Source of the DNA: a virus
Virus record (IMG/VR): IMGVR_UViG_3300037467_001050
Coordinates: 58,895 to 122,894 of that record
Strand: one strand, 5' to 3'
DNA length: 64,000 nucleotides
A program made the position numbers and the translations under genes. How positions within the stretch are numbered: position 1 is the stretch's first letter; the number at the start of each line of letters is the position of its first letter. This document shows, piece after piece, positions 38,401 to 47,195 of the stretch. Under the pieces are notes generated by a model. That model was not told the origin of the DNA, searched no databases, and saw only the letters and a program-made list of their open reading frames with translations.

Positions 38401-39638
38401 GCCGCCGCCGCGGCCTGCATCTTCTGGTTCGTCCTCGCCCGTCCGCGCACCGAGAGCGCCTCGCTGATCGTCGTCTGAAAGTCAGGATGGTGGTGGCCGT
38501 AGACCGTGTCGAGCGTCTGAAGCGACATCCCGAGGAAGCCAGCCACCTCGAACTTGTCGGCACCGCTCTGCATCAGCCATGTGGCGGCCGTGTGCCGCAG
38601 CGTGTGCGGTGTGACCCCGCCTTCGAGACCACACGCCTTCACCGCCGCCTCGAGGCCGCGACCGACCGAGCTGACCGGCTGGCCATGAAACTCGACGAAG
38701 TGCGTGTTGATCACAGGGGGACCGTCCTTGCCTTCCGTGGCTCGGGCCCAGCGCCGCATGTGCGCGAGAAGCCGAGACGGCAGCCTGACTGTCGGCTGAC
38801 GCTTCTTCGACCTCTTCTTGCCCTCAGGGAGCCGATAGAACAGCCCGCGATCGAGGTCGACCCACGACCGGCCCAGCCCCTTGTAGGGGGATGCGCAGGT
38901 GATCGCGGTGGCGCGGGTGCCGGTGTAGAGACCGATCAGGATGAAGCGGGCGACGTGCCGGCTCGTGCGGCGCTCGGACTCGACCTTCAGGCCATACTTC
39001 GAGGTCCAGTCATCCTTGGTGCGCCAGCAGTACCAGAGGAGCTTGGCCGCTTCAGACCGGGTCAGCCAGCGATCACGGGCCTGACCTTTGGCCGGCAAGG
39101 TGACCTGCACGATCTCGCGGTGCAGACCGGCCTTGAGATGATGATTGATCGCCGCGCGCAGGGTTTCGAGGTCGCGGCGCGGGCCGCCGATGCCGGCCTT
39201 TCGGCCACCACCACCGACACCCTTGGGGTGCGGCTTGCGTGCGGCCTGCTGTCGATGCCGGACATAGGCGCGGCAGGTCTCGCCGTTGATGTCGGCGAGC
39301 GTCTTCCCGCCCCACCATTCCGCGAGCCGCTCGATGCGGCCGTCGTGCTGCACCTTGTTGAGCTGCTGCTCGCGACAATCCTCATCGTAGACCGACAGGA
39401 CCTCCGCGACGTCGATCTCCTCGATGTCGCGGCGCTTGCGTTCGGGCTTGTTCTTCTCGGCGATGTAGGCGGCTAGGCGCTCTTCCGCGCGCGTAACCTC
39501 GTCAGCAGCGCATCCCGTGGCGACGGACTTTGATCCATCTTTGATGAGCCAGGTGGCGTTGGCTTTGAGCTTGCCGGTCGTCTTGTCGAAGGTCGCTTTC
39601 CTGAGCCAGAGGTAGGCTCCTCTACTCTGACGCGGCAT
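38397..39638 (-). CDS. int: Tyrosine integrase
   Basis: Catalytic R (YTGTR), H-x-x-R (PHTLRHTAATW), LGM...Y (VYGHHHP). Confidence 0.95.
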   Translation of the reverse strand: MPRQSRGAYLWLRKATFDKTTGKLKANATWLIKDGSKSVATGCAADEVTRAEERLAAYIAEKNKPERKRRDIEEIDVAEVLSVYDEDCREQQLNKVQHDGRIERLAEWWGGKTLADINGETCRAYVRHRQQAARKPHPKGVGGGGRKAGIGGPRRDLETLRAAINHHLKAGLHREIVQVTLPAKGQARDRWLTRSEAAKLLWYCWRTKDDWTSKYGLKVESERRTSRHVARFILIGLYTGTRATAITCASPYKGLGRSWVDLDRGLFYRLPEGKKRSKKRQPTVRLPSRLLAHMRRWARATEGKDGPPVINTHFVEFHGQPVSSVGRGLEAAVKACGLEGGVTPHTLRHTAATWLMQSGADKFEVAGFLGMSLQTLDTVYGHHHPDFQTTISEALSVRGRARTNQKMQAAAAA

Positions 39639-39847
39639 CGCTCCCTCATCTCACGGATGGCAGCCAAGGTGGTGTAGTCCTTGCCTGCAATCCGTTCGAT
39701 TTCAAGGCGGCCCCGTGCGAACTCCTTGCGAAGACCCGACTCCGTCATGGAGCCATCCGGGAATGCAATGCGTGCCGCTTCCTGCAAACGCAGCGGCGTG
39801 TTGTCATTCACTTCCTGCAACTGGGCAGGCACAGCTTCGCCGCTCAT
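39473..39847 (-). CDS. xis: Excisionase-like HTH protein overlapping the int 5' end
   Basis: LRLQEAARIAFPDGSMTESGLRKE..RGRL.IERIAGKDYTTL, typical of alphaproteobacterial prophage Xis. Confidence 0.75.
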   Translation of the reverse strand: MSGEAVPAQLQEVNDNTPLRLQEAARIAFPDGSMTESGLRKEFARGRLEIERIAGKDYTTLAAIREMRERCRVRVEEPTSGSGKRPSTRRPASSKPTPPGSSKMDQSPSPRDALLTRLRARKSA

Positions 39848-40074
39848 CACCACCCAGTCCCTGTCACGTCTCCGCCTGCCTGGGCGAGCACTTCCATTCC
39901 TATGTCGGTGATCCGAGCCTGGGAGAGGAAGGAGGTCGGGTGGCTCTCCAGCCATCCGCGATTGACCAGCCACGCGATGATGCGGTTGCGCCGGACATCG
40001 AGGCCGTTGATCTGGTGCCAGTCACGGTCGACGTGGTCGCGCAGGACGCGCAGTCTCTCCTCTGCCGCGCTCAT
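39847..40074 (-). CDS. Hypothetical winged-HTH-like protein
   Basis: IAWLVNRGWLE...ITDIG.EVL. Confidence 0.5.
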   Translation of the reverse strand: MSAAEERLRVLRDHVDRDWHQINGLDVRRNRIIAWLVNRGWLESHPTSFLSQARITDIGMEVLAQAGGDVTGTGW

Positions 40075-40475
40075 GCCGCCTCTCCCAACATCTCGATGAC
40101 GGCCCGGGCCTCGATGATGACAGGGTCCTTCTCTGGATCCTTCCAGCCGTCATCGACGGAGTTGCCGATGTCGACGAGCCGCTCGGTGATCTCACGCAGT
40201 GCGTTGATCGTGCGCTCACGGATCGCCGCCTCCTTGGCCTCGCGGTGATCCCGCGCCTCCTGGACAAAGCCGGCGAGCTCGATGGCCTTCAGGCGTGCGG
40301 TCTCGCAATCGTCGCAGCTGATCGCCCGCTTGGCGGCGATGAAGTGAGCCGTGCAGTGGACGCAGCGACCGACGTAGGCACCGGGCCAGCGCTTGCTGAC
40401 CCGGGCCTTGACGAACGAGGAGCCGGGCCCGTCGGGCGCAGGCCATGCGGGGATGAAGCTGACCTCGGGAGCCAT
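40071..40475 (-). CDS. Hypothetical protein with Zn finger
   Basis: CVHC...CDDC. Confidence 0.55.
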   Translation of the reverse strand: MAPEVSFIPAWPAPDGPGSSFVKARVSKRWPGAYVGRCVHCTAHFIAAKRAISCDDCETARLKAIELAGFVQEARDHREAKEAAIRERTINALREITERLVDIGNSVDDGWKDPEKDPVIIEARAVIEMLGEAA

Positions 40476-40901
40476 TCAGTCCTCCACAGATGCGTAATGG
40501 CGCCGGCTCAGGGCCAGCACTCTCCGGCCGTATGCGGTGCAGCGCGGCCGAGCGTAGAGGCCGCGGTTGAAGGCGGATGCCGCCACGCACCAGTTGCCGA
40601 ATTTCTTGAGGGCCTGCGCCAGGTAGCGCATGCCCGCCTCGATCGAATTGGCAGGCACCATCTGACTGCCGTGGACGCCGACGCCGCGAGCGGTCGACGG
40701 CCGGACCTGCATGATGCCCATCGATAGGCCATCGGATGACCGGACGTTGCGGTAGCCGGACTCCACGGAGGCAACCCCGTGAGCCAGCTCTGGCGGCACG
40801 CCATGATGAAGAGCGGACTTGCGCACCGCGGCGCGCAGATCTCCAGCGTGTACCGGGGATGCTGCCAGCGCGGCGAGCAAGGCGATCGACGTCATTTTCA
40901 T
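40476..40901 (-). CDS. Lytic transglycosylase (SLT domain) with signal peptide
   Basis: VASVESGY, GIMQV, N...GMRYL, A.SAFNRG. Confidence 0.88.
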   Translation of the reverse strand: MKMTSIALLAALAASPVHAGDLRAAVRKSALHHGVPPELAHGVASVESGYRNVRSSDGLSMGIMQVRPSTARGVGVHGSQMVPANSIEAGMRYLAQALKKFGNWCVAASAFNRGLYARPRCTAYGRRVLALSRRHYASVED

Positions 40902-40917
40902 TCTCAGCCCCTTGTGT

Positions 40918-40931
40918 TTGCATTCCTGCAA
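40918..40931 (-). promoter_or_regulatory. Repeated motif TTGCAGGAATGCAA (perfect copy)
   Basis: Exact match upstream of the SLT gene. Confidence 0.75.
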
Positions 40932-40967
40932 GCGAGTGGGCGCGGTTGATCCGCGCTACAACCGCTC

Positions 40968-41207
40968 TCAGGAGACCTTCGGCACCCGGCAGCAGGCGCA
41001 CTCGGTCTTGGGTCGCCACCCGACGACCTCGTCGATGATCCGGGCGCCGGTCCAATCGCGGATCCAGTGCCCGAGGTGAGCGAGCCACCGGGCCTGCTGG
41101 ATCACCCAGCCATTGCCATCGAGCGGCTCGAGCAGGACCTCGACCACGCGGTCGTCGTCCGGCTTGGTGGTGTGCGAGAAGGTCTCGCGCGTCGGTTGGA
41201 TCCTCAT
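40968..41207 (-). CDS. Hypothetical protein
   Basis: ATGA coupling to thyA. Confidence 0.5.
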   Translation of the reverse strand: MRIQPTRETFSHTTKPDDDRVVEVLLEPLDGNGWVIQQARWLAHLGHWIRDWTGARIIDEVVGWRPKTECACCRVPKVS

Positions 41208-42163
41208 ACTGAAACCTCGGCTCGAATGGCCGGGAGCGGATCGTAGCCCTCCAGGGTGATGTCGTTGGCGGTGAAGGCGAAGAGGTCCTTCACGCTGGGG
41301 TTCAACTTGATCTGCGGAGGCTTGCGGGTCTCGCGCTCCAGCTGCTCGCGGGCCTGATCCAGATGGTTCAGGTAGAGGTGGACGTCGCCGCCCTGCCAGA
41401 CGAAGTGACCGGGCACCATGCCGACCACCTGAGCCATCATGTGCGTCAGCAGTGAGTATGACGCGATGTTGAAGGGTAGGCCGAGGAACACGTCGCAGCT
41501 GCGCTGGTCGAGCCGGCAGTCGAGGTATCGGCTCGGCACCTTCATCTCGTCCAGGAACTCTTCGGTCATTCGATCAGCCCGTGGCAGCTTGTCTCCGAGC
41601 CACCACCCCGGTGCGTTCTGCTCCATCCAGGCGACGCGCTGCGCCACCGTCATCGGCCGAGTGTTGAACTGGAACAGGCAGTGGCATGGCGCCAGCGCCA
41701 TCCGATCGAGATCGGCCGGGTTCCAGGCCGAGACGATCAGGCGACGGCTGTCGGGGTTCGTCTTCAGCTGCTCGATCACCTGAGAGATCTGGTCGATTGT
41801 TCTGGGCATGTGCCAAACATGACCGTCCTTGTCCTCAACCGGATCGTGATGCTTGGTCTCCCAGCTGCGCCACTGCTTTCCGTAGATCGGGCCGAGATCG
41901 CCATCTGGCCCAGCCCACTCGCGCCAGATCGTGACACCCTTGGCTTCCAGCTCATTGTTGTTGGTCGAGCCGCGGACCATCCATAGGAGTTCCTCGACGA
42001 CGCCCTTGAAGTAGACCTTCTTGGTTGTGACCAGCGGGAAGCTCTCGGTCAGGTCGAACCGCATCTGGTGACCGAAGATGCTCTTCGTGCCGGTGCCGGT
42101 TCGGTCACCCTTCACGGTGCCGTACTGGAGGATGTGGCCCAGCAGGGCTTGGTACTGCATCAT
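41204..42163 (-). CDS. thyA: Thymidylate synthase
   Basis: [54 protein letters not shown]. Confidence 0.97.
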   Translation of the reverse strand: MMQYQALLGHILQYGTVKGDRTGTGTKSIFGHQMRFDLTESFPLVTTKKVYFKGVVEELLWMVRGSTNNNELEAKGVTIWREWAGPDGDLGPIYGKQWRSWETKHHDPVEDKDGHVWHMPRTIDQISQVIEQLKTNPDSRRLIVSAWNPADLDRMALAPCHCLFQFNTRPMTVAQRVAWMEQNAPGWWLGDKLPRADRMTEEFLDEMKVPSRYLDCRLDQRSCDVFLGLPFNIASYSLLTHMMAQVVGMVPGHFVWQGGDVHLYLNHLDQAREQLERETRKPPQIKLNPSVKDLFAFTANDITLEGYDPLPAIRAEVSV

Positions 42164-42164
42164 G

Positions 42165-42482
42165 TCAGTGGCACTCCATCCTCTTGTAGAGCTTCCGCAA
42201 TTCCTCAGGACGACCACCGCCGTCTGCGACGAACATCCGCCGAACCTTGCGGCGCACGTTGGCCCGCTCAGGATCGTGTGGTCTGCCGGCCCCCGTTCCG
42301 CCGGCGGCGCGGTGCTGGCTCCAAGCCCGGTGTGCCCGCGCGAGTGTGTCCTTCCGGACCTTGTCCCTTAGGGCGTACCTAACAGACGACTCAGAAACAC
42401 CGAGACGCTTCGCGATCTCTGCTTGGCTGCAGTAGGCCTCGAGTTTACGTGCGCGGGCCCACCATTCTGGCTCTAGGCGCAT
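42165..42482 (-). CDS. Small HTH DNA-binding protein (paralog A)
   Basis: [20 protein letters not shown]. Confidence 0.7.
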   Translation of the reverse strand: MRLEPEWWARARKLEAYCSQAEIAKRLGVSESSVRYALRDKVRKDTLARAHRAWSQHRAAGGTGAGRPHDPERANVRRKVRRMFVADGGGRPEELRKLYKRMECH

Positions 42483-42497
42483 CCTAATTACCCCACC

Positions 42498-42818
42498 TTA
42501 GAGACAATTTAGCTTGCGGTAATACTTTCGCAACTCAGAAACTGATCCACCACCATTGGCCAAGAACTCTTCCCTGGCCGCGCTCCGTAGCTTCTGGCGA
42601 TGCAAGTTCCGGATCTGACCGGCCGTAGTTCCGCCAGCCTCAGCATGTGCTGCCCACCGACGCTTGCTTCCTTCGATTGCCGTCTTTCTCACCTTCGGAT
42701 TGAGGCAGTAGAGGACAGCCGACTTGCTCTTTCCGAGCATCTTGGCGATCTGCTTCGCCGTATGCCCACGGTCGGAAAGGGTTCGCGCCCGCGGCCACCA
42801 ATCTGGCTCAAGCCTCAT
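42498..42818 (-). CDS. Small HTH DNA-binding protein (paralog B)
   Basis: TAKQIAKMLGKSKSAVLYCL. Confidence 0.7.
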   Translation of the reverse strand: MRLEPDWWPRARTLSDRGHTAKQIAKMLGKSKSAVLYCLNPKVRKTAIEGSKRRWAAHAEAGGTTAGQIRNLHRQKLRSAAREEFLANGGGSVSELRKYYRKLNCL

Positions 42819-43225
42819 GCCGCCACCGCGACTTCGGGGCTCCACACGGTGCGCGGCATCCACACATCAGCTGGACCGTCGAAGTCGAGCACGGTGATCA
42901 CGCGTTCGGTCACCATCGGTAGCCATCGCAGGTAGGTGCTGGCGCCGCCGGCGATCCAAACCGTCTGGGTGGGGTCGATCTCGTAGAGGTCGAGGAAGCC
43001 GTGCGGTGTGACCCCGGTGTTGTCGTGCAGGAAGCTGCGGCCGGCGGTGTCCTGCAGGTGCCGGACGGTCGGCCAAGTGCGATGGCCGACGATCACGACG
43101 CCACCGGCGGTGCGGCGTCGGAATTCATTGCGATCCTCGGGAAACAAGTCGCCCCACGGGAGCCCGCCCTTGAGGCCCAGCTGGCCTGAGCGGCCGACGG
43201 CGGCGATCAGCTTGATCTCGCGCAT
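42815..43225 (-). CDS. folA: Dihydrofolate reductase
   Basis: LIAAVG..G.LG..G.LPW, F...T.G..VIVGH.TW, VWIAGGASTY, D.WMP. Confidence 0.88.
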   Translation of the reverse strand: MREIKLIAAVGRSGQLGLKGGLPWGDLFPEDRNEFRRRTAGGVVIVGHRTWPTVRHLQDTAGRSFLHDNTGVTPHGFLDLYEIDPTQTVWIAGGASTYLRWLPMVTERVITVLDFDGPADVWMPRTVWSPEVAVAA

Positions 43226-43488
43226 CAGCGGGCCTCGTTCAGGACTTCGGACACGCGCCCGATGTTGACGTTGAAGGTCCTGCCGATGCGGGTGAAGGTC
43301 GCCTGCGGGTGGCGCTCCGCGAAGACCCGGATCTCGGCAGCCAGCTCCGGCGTCATCGGCGTGGACGCGGGCGGCGCACGGCGCACAGGCGGCTTGCGGC
43401 GCATCTTGTCGGCGAGTTCGGACAGCTCCGGGATCGCGTGGATCCCAGACAGCTCTCGGAGGCGTTCGGCGATCTGTGGAAGGGACAC
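43225..43488 (-). CDS. Small HTH protein
   Basis: MTPELAAEIR...TFTRIGRTFNVNIGRVSEVL. Confidence 0.65.
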   Translation of the reverse strand: MSLPQIAERLRELSGIHAIPELSELADKMRRKPPVRRAPPASTPMTPELAAEIRVFAERHPQATFTRIGRTFNVNIGRVSEVLNEAR

Positions 43489-43542
43489 GGGCGCTCCTCT
43501 GTCTGTCGGCTCGGATAGCATAGCCAACGCATAATGCAAACC

Positions 43543-43573
43543 AAAAATGCAAACGGCCACCCGAAGGTGGCCG
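43543..43573 (-). terminator. Intrinsic terminator (UUCG loop) whose U-tract is a TTTGCATTTTT half-site
   Basis: CGGCCACC-TTCG-GGTGGCCG-TTTGCATTTTT. Confidence 0.7.
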
Positions 43574-43597
43574 CCGCAAACGTCAATGCGTGTGGGG

Positions 43598-44353
43598 TTA
43601 GAGCATCGGCCCGGTCAGCAGCTGCCGGTCGTCGGAGCCCTCCGCGACGTGCATCTGCCGGGCGAACTGAGCCAGCGCGATCAGCACGGCGACCGAAGTG
43701 AAGATCAGCGTCCACATCATGGCGCCATCGTCATCGCGGCCGAACATCCAGGTCATGCTGGCATCGTGCGCCATGACCTTGCCGGCGAGCGCCGCCAGGA
43801 AGATCGCGCCGATCCACTTCGTGATCGGGAAGGTCTCGAGGATCCGGCTGATCACCAGCGAGAAGCCGATCACCATCGGGATCGACAAGGCAACGCCCAG
43901 AGCCATGAGCATCATGCTGCCGTTCGCCATCGAGGCGATCGCCACCACGTTGTCGTAGCTCATAGACACGTCGACGAGGCCGATGGTCACCACCGCGGCC
44001 CAGAGCGAGTTGGCCGCCCCATGCTCCTCACCTGCGCCTTCCGGCTTCACGAGGTCGTAGCCGACCTTGATCAGGTACAGTCCGCCGAGGAGAGCCACGC
44101 CCGGCCAGGAGAGCGCCCAGGCGGCGCCGAAGGCCAGGATCACGCGCAGGCCGATCGCCAGCGAGGAGCCGATGACGACGCCGGCCCGCTGCTTGCCCGG
44201 AGGCAGCTTCGCGGTCACCGCCGCGATCACCAGCGCGTTGTCGCCGGAGAGCAGGAGGTCGACGAGGATGATGCCCATCAGGGCGGCGTAGAACTGGTAG
44301 GTCAGGAGCTGGGGCAGTTCCCCGAGCAGGAGCTGGTATGCGGTCTCGAACAT
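43598..44353 (-). CDS. terC: TerC/YjbE family membrane protein
   Basis: DLLLSGDNALVIA, AIGLRV, DVSMSYDNVVAIA, GVALSIP. Confidence 0.92.
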   Translation of the reverse strand: MFETAYQLLLGELPQLLTYQFYAALMGIILVDLLLSGDNALVIAAVTAKLPPGKQRAGVVIGSSLAIGLRVILAFGAAWALSWPGVALLGGLYLIKVGYDLVKPEGAGEEHGAANSLWAAVVTIGLVDVSMSYDNVVAIASMANGSMMLMALGVALSIPMVIGFSLVISRILETFPITKWIGAIFLAALAGKVMAHDASMTWMFGRDDDGAMMWTLIFTSVAVLIALAQFARQMHVAEGSDDRQLLTGPML

Positions 44354-44426
44354 GCTGTCCTCTGATGCGAATGGGGCGGCCCCGATGGAGCCGCCCTCGT
44401 TGGTCTTCCCTGGTCCTGAAGGTCGC

Positions 44427-44870
44427 TCAGGCTTCGAGCAGAGCGGCCTTGTTCACGCCGAGCGCATCGGCGATCCGCTGGAGGGCAGCGTGCTCCTTGT
44501 CCCCGATCTCGCCGACGTCAGCGACGTCCGCGCCGATCAGGAAGAGCGCCTCGCGCTCCGAGGCATCGCGGCTGGCCATCTTGGCGATAGCCTCGGCATT
44601 GGTGGCCCGGCCATTGCGGGTCTCGGCGCGGTCGAGCGCCGTATTGAGCGCCGCCTCGATCTCCTTGCCGCTGAACGCCGGCTCGATGATCGGGTGGGCG
44701 AGGATGACCTTCTTCGACTTGTCGATCTCGGCCTGATCGATGGAGCCGTCGGCGGCCGTCACGTTGGCGGCGATCGCCACGGCGGCGGCGAGGAAGGCGG
44801 TGTCACCGGCCTTGACGCGCAGCGACTTGAAGGCGTTGCCGGCGGCGGACTTGAGGAAGCGAGACAACAT
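44427..44870 (-). CDS. terB: TerB family protein
   Basis: FL.AAVA.A..V.AADGSID.AE, VADVG.IG.KE..AL.RIA.ALG. Confidence 0.88.
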   Translation of the reverse strand: MLSRFLKSAAGNAFKSLRVKAGDTAFLAAAVAIAANVTAADGSIDQAEIDKSKKVILAHPIIEPAFSGKEIEAALNTALDRAETRNGRATNAEAIAKMASRDASEREALFLIGADVADVGEIGDKEHAALQRIADALGVNKAALLEA

Positions 44871-44940
44871 TTCCACTCCAGATTTGCGGGCCCTCATCCG
44901 ACCCGCGGTTTGCAGCCCCAGCGGGAGTGCCGGGGTTGAT

Positions 44941-44954
44941 TTGAATTCCTGCAA
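44941..44954 (-). promoter_or_regulatory. Repeated motif variant TTGCAGGAATTCAA
   Basis: One mismatch; intergenic, upstream of terB. Confidence 0.65.
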
Positions 44955-45083
44955 GCGCTCAGCGACGCGAGAAGCGGTGCTTGAGGCTCATGATCTTGGC
45001 GACGGCCCAGCCGGTCCCAACCACGAGGGTGCCAACACCGATGATCGCCAGATAGTCGGTGATGCGGGAGACGAACGCGCCGA

Positions 45084-45458
45084 TCACGCTTCGATCACCT
45101 TCGGCTGATCGGCGGTGTAGGGCTGGCTGGCCGCATCCCGCGACAGGCGGGTGTGATCCTCGCCGGCCCGGAGCTTGCGGGCGATCTCCTGATGCAGGAA
45201 CGCCGTCGCCACCACGAGGTTGGCGATGTCCGAGCCGTAGTTCCGGAAACCGGACCAGCCCTTCGGGAAGGAGAGAGGCACGTCGATGAAGGCGCGCGGG
45301 TCACCCTCCTGACGCAGGTTCAACGCCGCGAGGTAGGCCATCGCCGCGTGCATGAGCTCGCGGTTCGAGACATCGGCGCGCTCGTTCTCAGGACCCCACA
45401 TGCGGTCCTGGCGATCGACCTCTGCGTCGATCAGAGCGGTTGCGAGAGACTTCGACAT
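45084..45458 (-). CDS. Hypothetical phage protein
   Basis: EVDRQ..WG...EL..AA.AY...NLV.A.A.L..EI.R pattern common in phages. Confidence 0.6.
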   Translation of the reverse strand: MSKSLATALIDAEVDRQDRMWGPENERADVSNRELMHAAMAYLAALNLRQEGDPRAFIDVPLSFPKGWSGFRNYGSDIANLVVATAFLHQEIARKLRAGEDHTRLSRDAASQPYTADQPKVIEA

Positions 45459-45467
45459 AGATCCTCC

Positions 45468-45734
45468 TCAGGCCATGTTCAGGGCTTGCATGTAGAGCTC
45501 GAGGATCGCCTCCTGCTCCTGGCGCTCGCTGCGGTCCTGAGCGCGGATGCGCAGGATCGTGCGAACCGCCTTGGCGTCGAAGCCGCGGCCCTTCAGCTCG
45601 GCGAAGACCTCCTTCATGTCGCCCATGATGCCGGCCTTCTCCTCGGCGAGGCGCTCGAGGCGCTCGACGAACGCCTTCAGCTCCTCGGGGGCGACGCCCC
45701 CACCGCCCTCGACGGGCTTCGGGTCTCCGCTCAT
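45468..45734 (-). CDS. gapR: GapR/UPF0335 (DUF2312) nucleoid-associated protein
   Basis: ELKAFVERLERLAEEK...D.KEVFAE.KGRGFD.KA.R.I..IR..D..ER.EQEAIL.LY..AL.M. Confidence 0.93.
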   Translation of the reverse strand: MSGDPKPVEGGGGVAPEELKAFVERLERLAEEKAGIMGDMKEVFAELKGRGFDAKAVRTILRIRAQDRSERQEQEAILELYMQALNMA

Positions 45735-45964
45735 TCCTGCTCTCCTGCGTTGGCAACTTGGGTGCGCCGCACACACCCGAAGCTGATGATGTCCGCCTCC
45801 TCGAACCGCTCGGGGTTGGAGGCGATGTACTCCTGGGCCTTGGCGACGCAGGAGGTCGGGAGCGCGTCGACCACGACGGGGACGCGGATCTCGGTGCAGT
45901 GGTCGCGGTGAGGGCTACCGGCGAGCGCCGAGCACACCGTGATCACGAAAGCGAGCGGGGTCAT
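45731..45964 (-). CDS. Small secreted Cys-containing protein (Rhizobiales type)
   Basis: VITVC...C...SC...AQ....FGC. Confidence 0.55.
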   Translation of the reverse strand: MTPLAFVITVCSALAGSPHRDHCTEIRVPVVVDALPTSCVAKAQEYIASNPERFEEADIISFGCVRRTQVANAGEQE

Positions 45965-46335
45965 CAACGGTCGTCGCCGTCGCCGTGAAGCGTGCCGCGG
46001 TCCTGGCGGCCGGCCAGCTCGACGAGGTTGTCGAGGGCGATCTGTCCGAGGCTCTCGCCCATGCCGTGCGCCAGAGCAGCGAGGTACCAGAGCACCCCGC
46101 CCATCTCCTTCTTGATGGCGGCACGGCGGGAAAGCGTCAGCACGCCACCGTCGTCGCGGTAGACCTTCTTGACCTTGTTCTGGACCTCGCCGGCCTCACC
46201 GAGACCGAGCGCCGGGTACCAGATCGCCATCTCAGGGCCGTAGCTGATCGTGCCGATCGAGCGCGCCTGATAGGCATCGAAGCCTGCGATCAGCACCTCA
46301 GGATCGGGCATCGGGTTGGTGTTGTCCTTGACCAT
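45964..46335 (-). CDS. MazG-like NTP pyrophosphohydrolase
   Basis: LGL.GEAGEV.NKVKK..RD, KEMGGVLWYLAA, N...L..R..RG.L.G.GDDR. Confidence 0.88.
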   Translation of the reverse strand: MVKDNTNPMPDPEVLIAGFDAYQARSIGTISYGPEMAIWYPALGLGEAGEVQNKVKKVYRDDGGVLTLSRRAAIKKEMGGVLWYLAALAHGMGESLGQIALDNLVELAGRQDRGTLHGDGDDR

Positions 46336-46364
46336 CGCGCATTCCCCGTGGCCAGTGCGGCCGT

Positions 46365-46415
46365 CATTTGCATTTCCATTGCACGTTTGCCGTTAGCATT
46401 CAAGCAAATGCAAAC
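46365..46415 (-). promoter_or_regulatory. Cluster of TGCAA/TTGCA half-sites with a degenerate motif (TTGCTTGAATGCTA, 46394-46407)
   Basis: Several half-sites in 50 bp upstream of the MazG-like gene. Confidence 0.5.
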
Positions 46416-46635
46416 GCACGACGCGACTTTTTCGGGGCTCTGACGAGCCCGGCCGGTACGATGGCGTACCCGCGCCGCATCCGCGGCGCGAGCTCCGTCC
46501 CATCCTCGTGAAAGGCACGGTCGAGGACGCCGCGCCTATCACCTTCGTCGATGCACGCCTCACGGTCGCCGGTGAAGAGCGGGACCGCACCGGCGAACCC
46601 GCTCCCAGTCTGACCGAACTGGATCAGCGTGTAGG

Positions 46636-47193
46636 TCACGCCGCCTCCTGCAGGCGTTTCCACGTCTTGCCCGTGACCACGTTGAGAATGGTTCGTGGCG
46701 TGACGTTGAGGTCTGTCGCCTTTTTCTCGCAGAACTCGTTGCAGTTTGCAGCGCTCAACTTGAATTCCTGCAACAGACAGGTCACGTCGCTCGGCTTCAG
46801 TTTCGCTCTATTGAACGTCCCAGCAACCAAGGCAGCACTACGATGCCTGAATTGATCTTCGATGTTTTCCTGCTGCGTACCCCAGCATAGATTGTCGATA
46901 TGGTTGTTGTCTGGATTTCCATCCAAATGACGGGCAACCATCCCCTCCGGCCTAGGTGGACCAAAGAGCATCAAAACTAGCTCGTGGAGGTAGAAACTTT
47001 TCGCTTTACCGGACCAAGAGCCAAGCCTGATGTGTCGATAACCTCCATCGTGGACAGACAATCGGTTGAAACGTGCGTTGTTCACGCTCCAAATCCGACC
47101 GTCTGGGTACACATAGATCGGTGTACCGCCGTGCTCGAAGCGGACCCCTCCCGGAGGAGGGGTCACTTCATTCTCTGGCTTCCGCCGTCCCAT
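46636..47193 (-). CDS. NUMOD4-HNH homing endonuclease
   Basis: YLHELVL..FG.P.P.G.VARHLDGNPDNN.IDNL.WGT..EN; lower GC than flanks. Confidence 0.9.
   Translation of the reverse strand: MGRRKPENEVTPPPGGVRFEHGGTPIYVYPDGRIWSVNNARFNRLSVHDGGYRHIRLGSWSGKAKSFYLHELVLMLFGPPRPEGMVARHLDGNPDNNHIDNLCWGTQQENIEDQFRHRSAALVAGTFNRAKLKPSDVTCLLQEFKLSAANCNEFCEKKATDLNVTPRTILNVVTGKTWKRLQEAA
46760..46773 (-). promoter_or_regulatory. Repeated motif variant TTGCAGGAATTCAA (inside the HNH CDS)
   Basis: One mismatch; intragenic. Confidence 0.45.
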
Positions 47194-47195
47194 GG

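Noticed and set aside
41204-42163. ThyA homolog as a base-modifying dCMP hydroxymethylase
   Set aside because: It retains the dUMP-specifying Asn (PFNIASY) and the canonical motifs; the internal insertion after PCH does not alter them
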